Shown piece after piece: positions 1-9,293 of a DNA stretch of 64,000 nt. Position 1 is the stretch's first letter. Each line of letters opens with the position of its first letter. A program made the translations under genes and the position numbers. Source of the DNA: Candidatus Levybacteria bacterium RIFCSPHIGHO2_01_FULL_40_16 (lineage in GTDB: Bacteria; Patescibacteriota; Microgenomatia; Levybacterales; UBA12049); NCBI GenBank assembly GCA_001783805.1, contig MFNS01000007.1, forward strand, positions 89,975 through 153,974, in the 5' to 3' direction. The notes beneath the pieces are model-generated. The model saw nothing but the letters and a program-made list of their open reading frames with translations. It made no database searches and had not been told where the DNA came from.

Positions 1-1
1 A

Positions 2-283
2 CAGGGAGGAAGAAACCAAGAAGTAGTTTTAGCAGTACTTCCTATTCTGGATGAAAAGACCACAATTGTCTCTTTTGATTCCGACGGCTGGGATAATTCG
101 CCTTTTGCCGGAGCCGTTGGAGACTTTCTAACAATCCAAAAAACCAAAGAGCTGGACATAAATCCGGAAACTTTCTTACAGGAAAATAATAGCTTCCTTT
201 TCTTTGAAAAGACCGGCGATGGAATTATTACGAACCGCCTTCCTTCCAATGTCTCAGATCTTCTGATTGTTCTAAAAAAATAA
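2..283 (+). CDS. C-terminal fragment of an upstream gene (unknown function), open from the window edge to a TAA at 281-283
   Basis: Frame 2 is open from position 2 to the stop at 283. No recognisable motifs; product unknown. Confidence 0.3.
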   Translation, partial: QGGRNQEVVLAVLPILDEKTTIVSFDSDGWDNSPFAGAVGDFLTIQKTKELDINPETFLQENNSFLFFEKTGDGIITNRLPSNVSDLLIVLKK

Positions 284-301
284 TTTTGTTATTATAAAAT
301 A

Positions 302-1159
302 ATGCCACAGGAATTAAACGAAGAGAAATTAAAGGATCTTAAGAATAAAGCAAATAAAGTCAGGCAGCTGATTATTGAAATGCTGGTCGAGGCAGGATCA
401 GGTCATTCAGGCGGACCGCTGGGAATGGCGGACATTTTCACTGCTTTTTATTTTCATATTTTGAACCACGATCCAAAAAACCCAGATTGGGACGATCGTG
501 ATCGATTAATTTTATCCAATGGACATATTTGTCCTGTCCGATATGCAACCATGGCACTATCGGGATATTTTCCAATCAAAGAGCTCAAAACTTTAAGAAA
601 GATCAATTCTCGTCTACAGGGACACCCTCATTGCGGTTCCCTTCCGGGACTTGAAACGACTTCTGGACCCCTTGGTGAAGGATTATCGCAGGCAATCGGC
701 ATGGCTTTAGCCGGAAGAATGGATAAAAAGTCCTATTACGTTTATTGCTTAACCTCGGACGGTGAACATGAGGAAGGAAATACTTGGGAAGCGGTGATGT
801 TTGCGGCAAAAAATAAATTAAATAATTTAATTCAGGTTATAGACCGCAATTATATTCAAATAGACGGGACAACAGAAAGCGTCATGCCTTTGGATCCCTT
901 AAAAGAAAAATATGAATCATTCAATTGGAACGCAATCGAAATAGACGGCAATGATATCAAAAGTTTTATTGAAGCAATTGCCAAAGCAAAGTTGGTGCCG
1001 GACAGGCCAACTATCATAATTGCCAGGACAATTCCGGGTAAAGGTGTCAGCTTCATGGAAAACGATTATCATTGGCATGGAAAACCGCCAAACAAAGAAG
1101 AAGCGGCAAGAGCACTAAATGAATTAAGAGTATTGCAAGAAAAAATTCAAAACGAATAG
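302..1159 (+). CDS. Transketolase, N-terminal (TPP-binding) subunit of a split transketolase
   Basis: GSGHSGGPLGMADI and GHPHCGS...TSGPLGEG motifs typical of the transketolase N-terminal domain. Followed by the C-terminal subunit gene. Confidence 0.9.
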   Translation: MPQELNEEKLKDLKNKANKVRQLIIEMLVEAGSGHSGGPLGMADIFTAFYFHILNHDPKNPDWDDRDRLILSNGHICPVRYATMALSGYFPIKELKTLRKINSRLQGHPHCGSLPGLETTSGPLGEGLSQAIGMALAGRMDKKSYYVYCLTSDGEHEEGNTWEAVMFAAKNKLNNLIQVIDRNYIQIDGTTESVMPLDPLKEKYESFNWNAIEIDGNDIKSFIEAIAKAKLVPDRPTIIIARTIPGKGVSFMENDYHWHGKPPNKEEAARALNELRVLQEKIQNE

Positions 1160-1310
1160 TAATAGCGAGGGGTGGCAAAAGAGGAAGGGCTCCCGACCCC
1201 ACTCCGCTTGAAAGCTTTGAGGGGCAAGCAGCGCTTAGCGGGCTGCGCCACTCCGAAGCCTTGGCGGAGGATGGAGGGATTACTTTTGACAGGACCCCGA
1301 GCAAATAAAT

Positions 1311-2309
1311 ATGCTTAATCCGGATTTAAAACTAAACCCAAAATTATTTGAGGCTGATGCGGAAGTTAAAGCAACCCGCGCCGGTTATGGCGAGGGGCTC
1401 CTACAGCTGGGAGAAGAAAATCCTAATGTAGTTGCGCTTTGTGCCGATCTAACCGAATCAACCTATGCCCATCTTTTTGCCCAAAAATTTCCTGAAAGAT
1501 TTTTTCAGGTTGGGGTTGCCGAGCAAAATATGGCAGCAATCGCAGCCGGCCTGGCAATCAGCGGAAAAATTCCCTTCATATCCTCCTATGCCACTTTTTC
1601 TCCCGGGAAAAACTGGGAGACTATCAGAACAACCATTATTTACAATCAAGCAAATGTTAAAATTGCAGGTCACCATGCGGGAATTATGACCGGACCGGAT
1701 GGAGCGACTCATCAAGCAACCGAGGATATCGCCAGTGTCCGTTCTTGGCCAAATCTAAAAATCTTGGTCCCATGCGACAGCATAGAAGGCAAAAAAGCAA
1801 CAATTGCAGCCGGAGAAACAGAAGGCCCTATTTACCTGCGCTTTACCCGCGATAAAACTCCAATTATTACAACTATTGACTCGCCTTTTGAAATAGGTAA
1901 AATTCAAACTTTTTGGACAAGCGAAAAACCTGTTGCCACTATTTTTGCAATGGGCTACATGCTTTATTATGCCTTAGTTGCCGCAAAAGAATTAGAAACG
2001 GAAGGAATTCAAGTCTTAGTTGTAAATGTTTCAACGATTAAACCTTTGGACGAAAACGCTCTCTTATCATTAGCAAAACAAACAGGAGCCTTTGTCAGCG
2101 TCGAGGACCACCAAGTAGCGGGCGGATTAGGAGGAGCAATTGCGCAGTGGAGTACAAAGAATATCCCAACTCCTATGGAATTCATCGGGCTTCAGGATAC
2201 TTTTGCAGAGTCGGGAAAGCCTGCAGAATTGATTGAAAAATACAAAATGGGAAAAGACCATATTAAAGCCGCTGTTAAAACAGTTATCCAAAGAAGCGCT
2301 AGATTATGA
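1311..2309 (+). CDS. Transketolase, C-terminal (pyrimidine-binding/C-terminal domain) subunit
   Basis: FQVGVAEQNMAAIAAGLA... motif region and a ~330-aa size typical of the split TktB-type subunit. Adjacent to the N-terminal subunit. Confidence 0.9.
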   Translation: MLNPDLKLNPKLFEADAEVKATRAGYGEGLLQLGEENPNVVALCADLTESTYAHLFAQKFPERFFQVGVAEQNMAAIAAGLAISGKIPFISSYATFSPGKNWETIRTTIIYNQANVKIAGHHAGIMTGPDGATHQATEDIASVRSWPNLKILVPCDSIEGKKATIAAGETEGPIYLRFTRDKTPIITTIDSPFEIGKIQTFWTSEKPVATIFAMGYMLYYALVAAKELETEGIQVLVVNVSTIKPLDENALLSLAKQTGAFVSVEDHQVAGGLGGAIAQWSTKNIPTPMEFIGLQDTFAESGKPAELIEKYKMGKDHIKAAVKTVIQRSARL

Positions 2310-3958
2310 TTCAAAATCTCCCGGAAGAGTTAAGAAAAATAATTAAAGGCGATGTTTTATCGGATGACCAAACCCTCAAAGACTATAGTCATGACTATAG
2401 TCTTTTTGAAGTGAAATCAAAAGTTGTTGTCTTTCCCAAAGATGCGCAAGATTTACAGGCATTGATTAAGTATGTTGCTGAGAATAAAAAAAATGATCCA
2501 TCATTGTCTTTGACAGCCAGAGCCGCGGGAACAGATATGGGCGGAGCCGCTATTAATGATTCTATTCTTGTAGAATTCACTAAATATTTTAATCATTCGC
2601 CAAAAGTAAATGGGGATATTGCTACAACCGAACCGGGTGTCTTCTTTAAAGATTTTGAGAAAGAAACTTTAAAGCATAACCTTATTTTTCCGTCTTACCC
2701 CGCATCAAAAGAAATTTGCGCCATGGGCGGAATCTTAAACAACAACGCGGGCGGAGAAAAATCCTTGCAATATGGAAAAACGGAGAAATACATTAGAAAA
2801 ATGAAAGTAATGCTAAGAGATGGAAATACCTATGAATTAGAAAAACTTTCAGAAGGCCAACTTCAGGAGAAACTTGCTCTTAAAACGTTTGAAGGAGAAA
2901 TCTACCAAAAAATGTACAAACTGATTACTGAAAATTATGACGAAGTTGCAAAAGCTAAACCCGATGTTTCCAAAAACTCTGCCGGATATTATTTATGGAA
3001 CATTTATGATAAGGCAAATAAAACTTTTGATTTAACTCAGCTTTGGGTGGGGGCGCAAGGCACACTGGGATTTTTACTTGAAGCGGATATTCAACTTGTT
3101 CCGACGTACCCCCATAGAGAAATGGAGATAATTTTTCTGCACGATCTTTCACATTTGGGAGAGATTATTGATGCAATATTGCCACTTCAGCCCGAAAGTT
3201 TTGAGTCGTATGATGACAACACTCTTAAACTTTCCCTTAGGTATTTTCCGGAATTTGCCCGCAAATTGGGCATCTGGGGGCTTATCCAGTCCGGACTGGC
3301 ATTTCTACCGGCATTTTTGGAGATGTTAATCGGCAGACTTCCTAAACTTATTTTGCAAATTGATTTTACAGGCAACAGTCCCGAGGAACTTCAAAAAAAA
3401 ATAGCCACCCTCCGCGAAAAGCTTAAGCCACTGCATCTACAAACCCGGACTGCTATTGATGATGCAGAAAAAAAATATTGGCTGATTAGAAGAGAAAGTT
3501 TCAATTTATTACACAATAAAATAAGAGATAAACACACCGCCCCCTTTATTGATGATTTCGTGATCGACCCGCATTTAATCTCGGAAGTTATTCCGAGAAT
3601 AACCACAATTTTGAAAAAACATCCTGAATTCATTTTTACTGTCGCAGGCCACGTTGGAAACGGAAATTTTCACATCATTCCCTTGGTTGATATTGAAAAT
3701 CCCAATGTCAGAAAATATATTCCGATAATTGCAGATCAAGTCTATAATATTGTTAATAAATATCATGGTTCAATAACCGGAGAGCACAACGACGGATTAA
3801 TCCGAACTCCCTATCTGAAACAAATGTACGGAGAAAAAATTATTCAGCTTTTTGAAGAAGCCAAAAAGATTTTTGACCCTGACAATATCTTCAACCCGCG
3901 GAAAAAAGTCTTCGGAGATCTGAAATTCGTGATGAGCCACATTAGGCAAAAGTGGTAG
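2306..3958 (+). CDS. FAD-binding oxidoreductase (GlcD/D-lactate dehydrogenase-like FAD-linked oxidase)
   Basis: N-terminal FAD_binding_4-like region (ARAAGTDMGGAAIN) and C-terminal FAD-oxidase domain. 4-nt overlap with the upstream gene. Confidence 0.7.
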   Translation: MIQNLPEELRKIIKGDVLSDDQTLKDYSHDYSLFEVKSKVVVFPKDAQDLQALIKYVAENKKNDPSLSLTARAAGTDMGGAAINDSILVEFTKYFNHSPKVNGDIATTEPGVFFKDFEKETLKHNLIFPSYPASKEICAMGGILNNNAGGEKSLQYGKTEKYIRKMKVMLRDGNTYELEKLSEGQLQEKLALKTFEGEIYQKMYKLITENYDEVAKAKPDVSKNSAGYYLWNIYDKANKTFDLTQLWVGAQGTLGFLLEADIQLVPTYPHREMEIIFLHDLSHLGEIIDAILPLQPESFESYDDNTLKLSLRYFPEFARKLGIWGLIQSGLAFLPAFLEMLIGRLPKLILQIDFTGNSPEELQKKIATLREKLKPLHLQTRTAIDDAEKKYWLIRRESFNLLHNKIRDKHTAPFIDDFVIDPHLISEVIPRITTILKKHPEFIFTVAGHVGNGNFHIIPLVDIENPNVRKYIPIIADQVYNIVNKYHGSITGEHNDGLIRTPYLKQMYGEKIIQLFEEAKKIFDPDNIFNPRKKVFGDLKFVMSHIRQKW

Positions 3959-3959
3959 G

Positions 3960-4580
3960 TTAGATTTCCGCAACTTTTCTTCTTTTCGCGTAGAGAATAT
4001 AGGGGATGATACTTAATAAATTCGTGACTGCCACCAGATAAAATAAAAAGGCAAACCCATATCGATTGGCCACAAATCCTCCGATGGTGGCAGCCATTGC
4101 CATACCCATAAACACAAATCCGTCATAAATACTCCACTCCGTAACTTCTTTATCCTTATCCAGATGTGAAGAAAATAAAGAATTTTTTGCAGGAGAAGCA
4201 ATCCCCAATCCCGCACCAATAACACCATAATAGAAAAATAAAGAAAGAATATCTTTGGTTAAAGCAAACCCCAGATATCCGCCGCTCATGAGAATAATGC
4301 CGATAATGGTGACTATAAATTTCTGCATTTCGGATGAATGGGAAAGATATTTTCCGCTGATCAATTCAAAAACAACTCTCACAATTAGATAAGTACTAAA
4401 AGATGCTGCCGCAATCTCGGTATTCCCTTCGGGTATTTGAGTGGCCGCAAAAATAGCGAAAATCGGAATAATCGCATTCCAGGAAGACCAAAGGAAGATT
4501 TCGGAAATTATAAATGCCTTCACAACCGCATTCATGTGAAAATGTGAGGGTTTTCTTCCGAGAAAAACTTCTTTGATCAT
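3960..4580 (-). CDS. Six-TM membrane protein resembling the C-terminal half of an MFS transporter (possibly truncated)
   Basis: Hydrophobic profile with about six TM segments. Glycine-rich helices typical of MFS. Only a half-size transporter. Confidence 0.45.
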   Translation of the reverse strand: MIKEVFLGRKPSHFHMNAVVKAFIISEIFLWSSWNAIIPIFAIFAATQIPEGNTEIAAASFSTYLIVRVVFELISGKYLSHSSEMQKFIVTIIGIILMSGGYLGFALTKDILSLFFYYGVIGAGLGIASPAKNSLFSSHLDKDKEVTEWSIYDGFVFMGMAMAATIGGFVANRYGFAFLFYLVAVTNLLSIIPYILYAKRRKVAEI

Positions 4581-4601
4581 TTATCTTAGCTTATCACATT
4601 T

Positions 4602-5465
4602 TTACCAGGGTTTGAAATCCTCTTGAGCCAGAAATTTTATTAACTCCATTCCTGTTTTATATCCCGGACGCAGTCTGTAAAGAAAAAACTTATTTCGTAT
4701 TGTTTGTTTAATTCCCGGAATAGTTGAAACCGCATTTGTATATCCTGCATTTTTAACCATATTTATTGTCCGCCGGTCAAGCGCCCCGTACGGATAGGCA
4801 AAAGAATTAACCGAAAGCCCGGTCATATCTTCAAGCACTTTCTTGCTCTGCGCTATTTCATATTCTGCAGTTTTTTTATTGATGTCTTTAAGCCAGGTGT
4901 GATTGAGCGTATGAGATCCGATCTCAACCAAAGAGCTTTTGGCAATTTCTTTGACCTGAAAAGTGGACAGATAATTTTCTTGATTCAAAAAATTCGCAAC
5001 GACATAGACAACTGCTTTTACTTTTTCCTTTTTGAGGATGGGAAAAACATCCGTGTAAAAATCCGAATATCCATCGTCAAAGGAAAGAATAATTATTTTT
5101 TTAGGGAGTACTAACTCTCCAAGAAGATCTTTTATCAAATCGTCCGGAGCTACAAAGGTGTAGCCCGCAGTTTTTAAAGTTTTTATTTGAGCCTGAAGAA
5201 CATTCGGAGGAGTTGCAAAATTTTCTTTCTTCGGATCATTTTTTACATACTCCACGTAATGATACAGAAATATAGGTACTTTAATTTGTTTTTCAAATAA
5301 TTGCGGTCCTATTCCCGTATCCGATAGATTTTCCAGCTCCGGCGGAAGTACCGTCACCAAAGTATCCATACTTAATTCCGGAACCTTGCGTAATTGATAG
5401 GACATTAGTAGTCCTAAGATTGCAAGAAGAATAACGAGTGCTCTGATATTTTTTTTCCTAATCAT
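4602..5465 (-). CDS. Polysaccharide deacetylase (NodB homology domain), signal-anchored
   Basis: N-terminal TM segment. FDDGY...D/HTxxH (GSHTLNH) NodB motifs. Confidence 0.8.
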   Translation of the reverse strand: MIRKKNIRALVILLAILGLLMSYQLRKVPELSMDTLVTVLPPELENLSDTGIGPQLFEKQIKVPIFLYHYVEYVKNDPKKENFATPPNVLQAQIKTLKTAGYTFVAPDDLIKDLLGELVLPKKIIILSFDDGYSDFYTDVFPILKKEKVKAVVYVVANFLNQENYLSTFQVKEIAKSSLVEIGSHTLNHTWLKDINKKTAEYEIAQSKKVLEDMTGLSVNSFAYPYGALDRRTINMVKNAGYTNAVSTIPGIKQTIRNKFFLYRLRPGYKTGMELIKFLAQEDFKPW

Positions 5466-5498
5466 TTATTCCTGTATTATACGCAGTTTCAGAGTTGT

Positions 5499-6284
5499 TT
5501 GACAACGCAATCTCTTTATGATACATTTCTCCCAATGACAAGAGAAAAATCACCAAAATCCGATCTTGAACAACTTGCTATCTCCAGCATGGAAAAGCTC
5601 CGCCTTAATACTTATCCCGGAAGAGGCATAGTGATGGGATTTAATAAACAAGGGGATCAGGCAATTCAGATCTATTGGGTCATGGGAAGAAGTGAAAATT
5701 CCAGGAATAGAATTCTCGTTCAAGAGGGAAACGTTGTTAAAACAAAGCCTTTTGATGCAAGCAAAGTTAAAGACCCAACTTTGATAATCTATACGGCTAT
5801 GAAAGAAGTTAGGGGAGGACACCTCGTATCAAATGGAGATCAGACAGACAGCATAGCTCAAATAATAGAAAAAGGGGGCACCTTTGGAGAGGGGCTAAGG
5901 GAAAGGACGTATGAACCTGATGCGCCAAATTTTACTCCAAGGATTACAGGAGAATACTCGTCTGAATCTGAATCTCCATTTTTTATCCTTTCAATAATCA
6001 GAAAAGATCCCTTTAGTGATCGCCCAATACACAACCTTCAATTATATAAACCCGAGAGTGGAACAGGTAAATGTATTCATACTTATGAAGGAGATGGCAA
6101 TCCTTTACCATCGTTTAAGTTAGATCCTTATCTAGTCACCCTTGAGGGATCAATAGATCAGATAGCACAAACATTCTGGGATTTACTGAATGCAGAAAAC
6201 AGAGTAGCATTAGCTGTAAAAGGGGTCGATATAAGAACTGGAAAGGTAGACTTTAAAATAATTAATCAACTCGGTAATAAATAA
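5499..6284 (+). CDS. purO: Archaeal-type IMP cyclohydrolase (PurO family)
   Basis: YPGRGIV.G...Y.V.GRS..SRNR ... VSNG.QTD ... NFTPRI pattern matches PurO-type IMP cyclohydrolases. Immediately upstream of an AICARFT-only purH. Confidence 0.6.
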   Translation: MTTQSLYDTFLPMTREKSPKSDLEQLAISSMEKLRLNTYPGRGIVMGFNKQGDQAIQIYWVMGRSENSRNRILVQEGNVVKTKPFDASKVKDPTLIIYTAMKEVRGGHLVSNGDQTDSIAQIIEKGGTFGEGLRERTYEPDAPNFTPRITGEYSSESESPFFILSIIRKDPFSDRPIHNLQLYKPESGTGKCIHTYEGDGNPLPSFKLDPYLVTLEGSIDQIAQTFWDLLNAENRVALAVKGVDIRTGKVDFKIINQLGNK

Positions 6285-6460
6285 GAACTCTGAATACTCT
6301 TCACCCAACAAATGAGCAATTTCCTGAAAAAATTGCTCTGCGGGGGCGGAAAAAAATCGAACTTCGTTATGGGGAAAATCCGCACCAAAAAGCTGCAGTT
6401 TATTTTGAACCGAATAATAATTCTCCGCTTAATAACTTACAGAAATTAACCGGCAGAGAT

Positions 6461-7288
6461 TTGTCTTATGTTAATTTTACAGATGTTGCAGCGGGACTGG
6501 AGTCAGTCAGGATTTTTGCTGAACCTGCAGCTGTTGTCATTAAACACAACAGTCCTTCCGGAATTGCCTTGGGCTCCTTGCCTGCCCAGGCGCTTAAGCG
6601 CGCGGTGGCCGCAGATCCGGAATCCGCATTCGGCGGAATAATTGTTTTGAATAAACCTTTGGATATTCAAGCAGCCAAAACTTTCGCCGGTTTTAAAGAA
6701 AAGAACGGTGTACTAATCGATGTTGTTGCTGCCCATAGCATTACCAATGAGGCAAAAGAGTTTATCAGAACAGTCCGTAAAACTACCGGCATCTATACTT
6801 TCGGAAACATTCCTAAGCAGAGATCAAATTCGACTCATTTAAGATTTTTTGACGGCGGATTTGTAGTCCAGGAGTGGGATGATCAGATTGATTTTTCCAA
6901 ATGGAACATTGTCACAAGAAAAAAACCAACCTTCAAGCAAAGAAAGCAAATGGAGCTTGCCTGGAAATTTATCGGCAGAATTAGGTCAAATTCAATTATT
7001 GTGGTTGACAAAAATTTGCCAATGACCCGGGGTATTGGGTCGGGACAGACTTCCCGGGTAAGGGCTACCAAAATTGCTCTTGAGCAAGCAGGCAAAAACG
7101 CCAAAGCTGCGATTTTGGCAAGCGATAGTTTTTTCCCCTTTGATGATTCGGTAAAGCTGGCTGCGGAAAGCGGAATAGCCGCGATTGTCCAGCAAGGCGG
7201 ATCAATCAACGATCAAAAGTCAATTGATGCGGCAAACAAAGCAGGCATTGCCATGGTTTTCACCTCGGAGCGCAAATTCTGGCACTAA
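6461..7288 (+). CDS. purH: AICAR transformylase domain protein (PurH, AICARFT-only, lacks the MGS-like IMP cyclohydrolase domain)
   Basis: C-terminal ASDSFFPFDDS...QQGGSINDQ...AMVFTSERKFWH is the classic PurH AICARFT end. The conserved LRYGENPHQ motif is encoded upstream at 6362-6391 in the same frame, which is open from 6281. There is no ATG/GTG/TTG in that frame before the TTG at 6461. The true start is therefore probably a non-canonical codon near 6281-6340, or is translationally coupled to purO. Confidence 0.8.
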   Translation: MSYVNFTDVAAGLESVRIFAEPAAVVIKHNSPSGIALGSLPAQALKRAVAADPESAFGGIIVLNKPLDIQAAKTFAGFKEKNGVLIDVVAAHSITNEAKEFIRTVRKTTGIYTFGNIPKQRSNSTHLRFFDGGFVVQEWDDQIDFSKWNIVTRKKPTFKQRKQMELAWKFIGRIRSNSIIVVDKNLPMTRGIGSGQTSRVRATKIALEQAGKNAKAAILASDSFFPFDDSVKLAAESGIAAIVQQGGSINDQKSIDAANKAGIAMVFTSERKFWH

Positions 7289-7409
7289 TTCCTGCTCCGT
7301 AATCCTCGGATTAATCTGACTGACACTTTTGATTGTATTATAAAGGCTTTCCAAAATCCAATATGGGCGGAGCAGGCAAGAGAAAGACTGAAGGAGATTA
7401 AGATTTTAA

Positions 7410-8696
7410 TTAAAGGTAGTGCCGATTAACTATCTCTTCAGATATTTCTTTTCTTGAATTGCTGGCATTTGATAAATAGATATTCATTTTGTCCTGCGAG
7501 ATGTCATCAATATAAGTCTCCGTTATGTTAAAGTAATTCTTATCTATTTCACCATGATAATTTAATCCTGAAGTGTATAAAATAAAGTTGTTTGTATTTT
7601 TATCTTCTTCGTCATAGTCTTGCCATGTTCCATCGGAAAAATCAAGATAAACACCAAGGTATTCTGTGCCCGATTTGAGATTAAACTCCGAAATTTTTCT
7701 AATGTTTTTCTCGGTATCAAAGTTTGAAAGTTGAATTTTTATATCTTTTTGAGGAATGAGAACTTGAACTCTACGGGTTTGATTTAGGCTATATTGCTTA
7801 TTGCTATAAAGCCATTGTTTTTTGAGAGAATAATTTATTAACCAGTCAAGACAGAATTTAACGTTTAGTTCTGTCCAATTCTCTCTTCCCCAATAAACGC
7901 TTGTTTTAAATATTGTTTTATTTGTTTTTGTATCAATGCCAAACTCTGGAATAAAATTTTTAAACCTCCAATAAAAATAAGGGGTTAAACCGAGTTCTAA
8001 GTGATTTAAGGCAATTTCATTTACGTTCTTCTTGGGAAATTTATACCTGGCTCCTTTTTTATTAGGATTAGACAATCTATCAAACATATCTGCCAAAGAA
8101 GAAAGTGTGTAATTTTTCTCGAAATAATCAAAATAAATTTCACCAATTCTTAATAAAATCTCTCTATAAGTATTGTGGGTATGCTTTTTGTTTCCATATA
8201 ACTTTACCTCAACTTCTTCAATATTTTTCTTTAGTTTCTTATCCATTATAAGAGTTGAAAGGCTGATTGTATTCAGGTCAGTCCCAAAAATATCACTTAT
8301 TGTCTGATAAAAATCTACAATTATTTTATCTATAATTGATATTGTTTGGGGTATATTCGGAAGTAACGCGTGATGCTTATAAGAATCTCTAATACGACAT
8401 AAATTACTTAGGCTCGTTTTATCGAAAGATAATTTTTTCCCAACGGCCTTAATTAATTTTTCATACTTGTCAGGAATTGAGTTATCTTTAAGTGGAAAAT
8501 TTTTCTTTAAAGCTATTGCCCAAAATAAATTTTCAATTGAATCATGTAATAGCGATATGCCTATTGTAAAACCGTATTCGTTTGTTGTATCCCTTAAATA
8601 GTTTGATGCTTCTTCTAATGTATACCTGAGAAAAACCAATTTTTCTACTAAGCTCTTGCTTGGATTATTAGTCGCCTTTCTGTTTGCCTTTTTCAT
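7410..8696 (-). CDS. Hypothetical AT-rich protein with an N-terminal HEPN-like all-alpha region (RIRDSYKHH = Rx4-6H motif); candidate RNase/abortive-infection-type protein
   Basis: Long uninterrupted ORF. Noticeably more AT-rich than its neighbours. Four predicted helices followed by an R-x4-H-H motif near residues 90-135. Confidence 0.55.
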   Translation of the reverse strand: MKKANRKATNNPSKSLVEKLVFLRYTLEEASNYLRDTTNEYGFTIGISLLHDSIENLFWAIALKKNFPLKDNSIPDKYEKLIKAVGKKLSFDKTSLSNLCRIRDSYKHHALLPNIPQTISIIDKIIVDFYQTISDIFGTDLNTISLSTLIMDKKLKKNIEEVEVKLYGNKKHTHNTYREILLRIGEIYFDYFEKNYTLSSLADMFDRLSNPNKKGARYKFPKKNVNEIALNHLELGLTPYFYWRFKNFIPEFGIDTKTNKTIFKTSVYWGRENWTELNVKFCLDWLINYSLKKQWLYSNKQYSLNQTRRVQVLIPQKDIKIQLSNFDTEKNIRKISEFNLKSGTEYLGVYLDFSDGTWQDYDEEDKNTNNFILYTSGLNYHGEIDKNYFNITETYIDDISQDKMNIYLSNASNSRKEISEEIVNRHYL

Positions 8697-8825
8697 AAAT
8701 TGTTAAGGAAATAATGTTGATAGTTGAGGTTTTGTGGCAAATAACAATATGAATGTCAAAGTAATAGCTACCTTATTTTGCATATCTTAACAAAATCCCA
8801 ACATGGCCAGATTAAGAAAAATCGG

Positions 8826-8930
8826 CTCCTCCGAGAGGATTCGAACCTCTAACCTTGTCCTTAACAGGGACCTGCTCTACCTGCCCGCAATCGCTGAAGC
8901 GATAGCTTCTGCAGGCGGGCCATTGAGCTA
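8826..8930 (-). pseudogene. tRNA-Asn relic: nt 8-17 and nt 18-73 of tRNA-Asn separated by a 40-nt palindromic element in the D-loop; 5' acceptor strand missing
   Basis: 8826-8880 is identical to the 3' 55 nt of the intact tRNA-Asn at 8946-9000. 8921-8930 equals TAGCTCAATG of the D-arm. 8881-8920 is the inserted palindrome. Confidence 0.6.
8881..8920. repeat. 40-nt GC-rich palindromic element (copy b); outer stem GCCCGC/GCGGGC, inner hairpin ATCGC-TGAA-GCGAT
   Basis: Differs from the copy at 9298-9337 at 2 positions, one of them a compensatory C-to-T giving a G-U pair. Same termini as the element in ruvC (49641-49676). Confidence 0.7.
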
Positions 8931-8945
8931 CTATTAGCAATTCTG

Positions 8946-9017
8946 CTCCTCCGAGAGGATTCGAACCTCTAACCTTGTCCTTAACAGGGACCTGCTCTAC
9001 CATTGAGCTACAGAGGA
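8946..9017 (-). tRNA. tRNA-Asn (anticodon GUU), intact
   Basis: Folded by hand. Acceptor UCCUCUG/CGGAGGA with G73, D-arm GCUC-AAUGGUA-GAGC, anticodon loop CUGUUAA, T-arm AGAGG-UUCGAAU-CCUCU. Ends match E. coli tRNA-Asn. Confidence 0.85.
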
Positions 9018-9031
9018 GCAGAATTGCTAGA

Positions 9032-9280
9032 CTACTTTAATCTTCCTTTTAAATATTTTCTACCAAATCCTGTTTTCAGCGCCTTTTCTCTTTTAATAGC
9101 GTTTCCCCTTGATAAACATGCCTCATAGTATACCAAAACCATAGGCGACCTGCTTTTAGTTGCTGTTACTTTTCCCCTGTTGTGTTCTGATACTCTTTCA
9201 ACTAAATCATCGGACCAACCGATATACAAATTATTATCCTTTTTACTTTGCAAAACGTATGTATAAAAAAATTTTGCCAC
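9032..9280 (-). CDS. Small GIY-YIG nuclease family protein (YhbQ/UPF0213-like, 82 aa)
   Basis: FYTYVLQS...NLYIGWSDDLVERVSEHN...YYE...AIKREKALK is a typical small GIY-YIG domain. The likely start is GTG at 9280. The ORF-track ATG at 9340 is created by the tRNA D-loop/palindrome junction and is probably not used. Confidence 0.8.
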   Translation of the reverse strand: MAKFFYTYVLQSKKDNNLYIGWSDDLVERVSEHNRGKVTATKSRSPMVLVYYEACLSRGNAIKREKALKTGFGRKYLKGRLK

Positions 9281-9293
9281 ATCTGCACACTTT

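Noticed and set aside
1458-1715. Numerous 60-130-aa ORF-track entries nested inside or antisense to long conserved genes. Examples: 603-809, 856-1056, 1458-1715, 2395-2580, 16866-17293, 30094-30462, 43264-43833, 62282-62674.
   Set aside because: All lie within confidently assigned CDSs on the same or opposite strand. They have low-complexity translations and no motifs, and are treated as spurious.
6281-6460. Considered calling purH a pseudogene because no ATG/GTG/TTG precedes the conserved LRYGENPHQ motif.
   Set aside because: The frame is intact from the purO stop through the whole AICARFT domain with all C-terminal motifs. A non-canonical start or coupling is more parsimonious than decay, but this cannot be resolved from sequence alone.
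8812-9003. ORF-track 63-aa protein (MVEQVPVKDKVRGSNPLGG... repeated twice).
   Set aside because: It is simply the translation of the duplicated tRNA-Asn sequence on the minus strand. The internal repeat in the peptide mirrors the DNA duplication.
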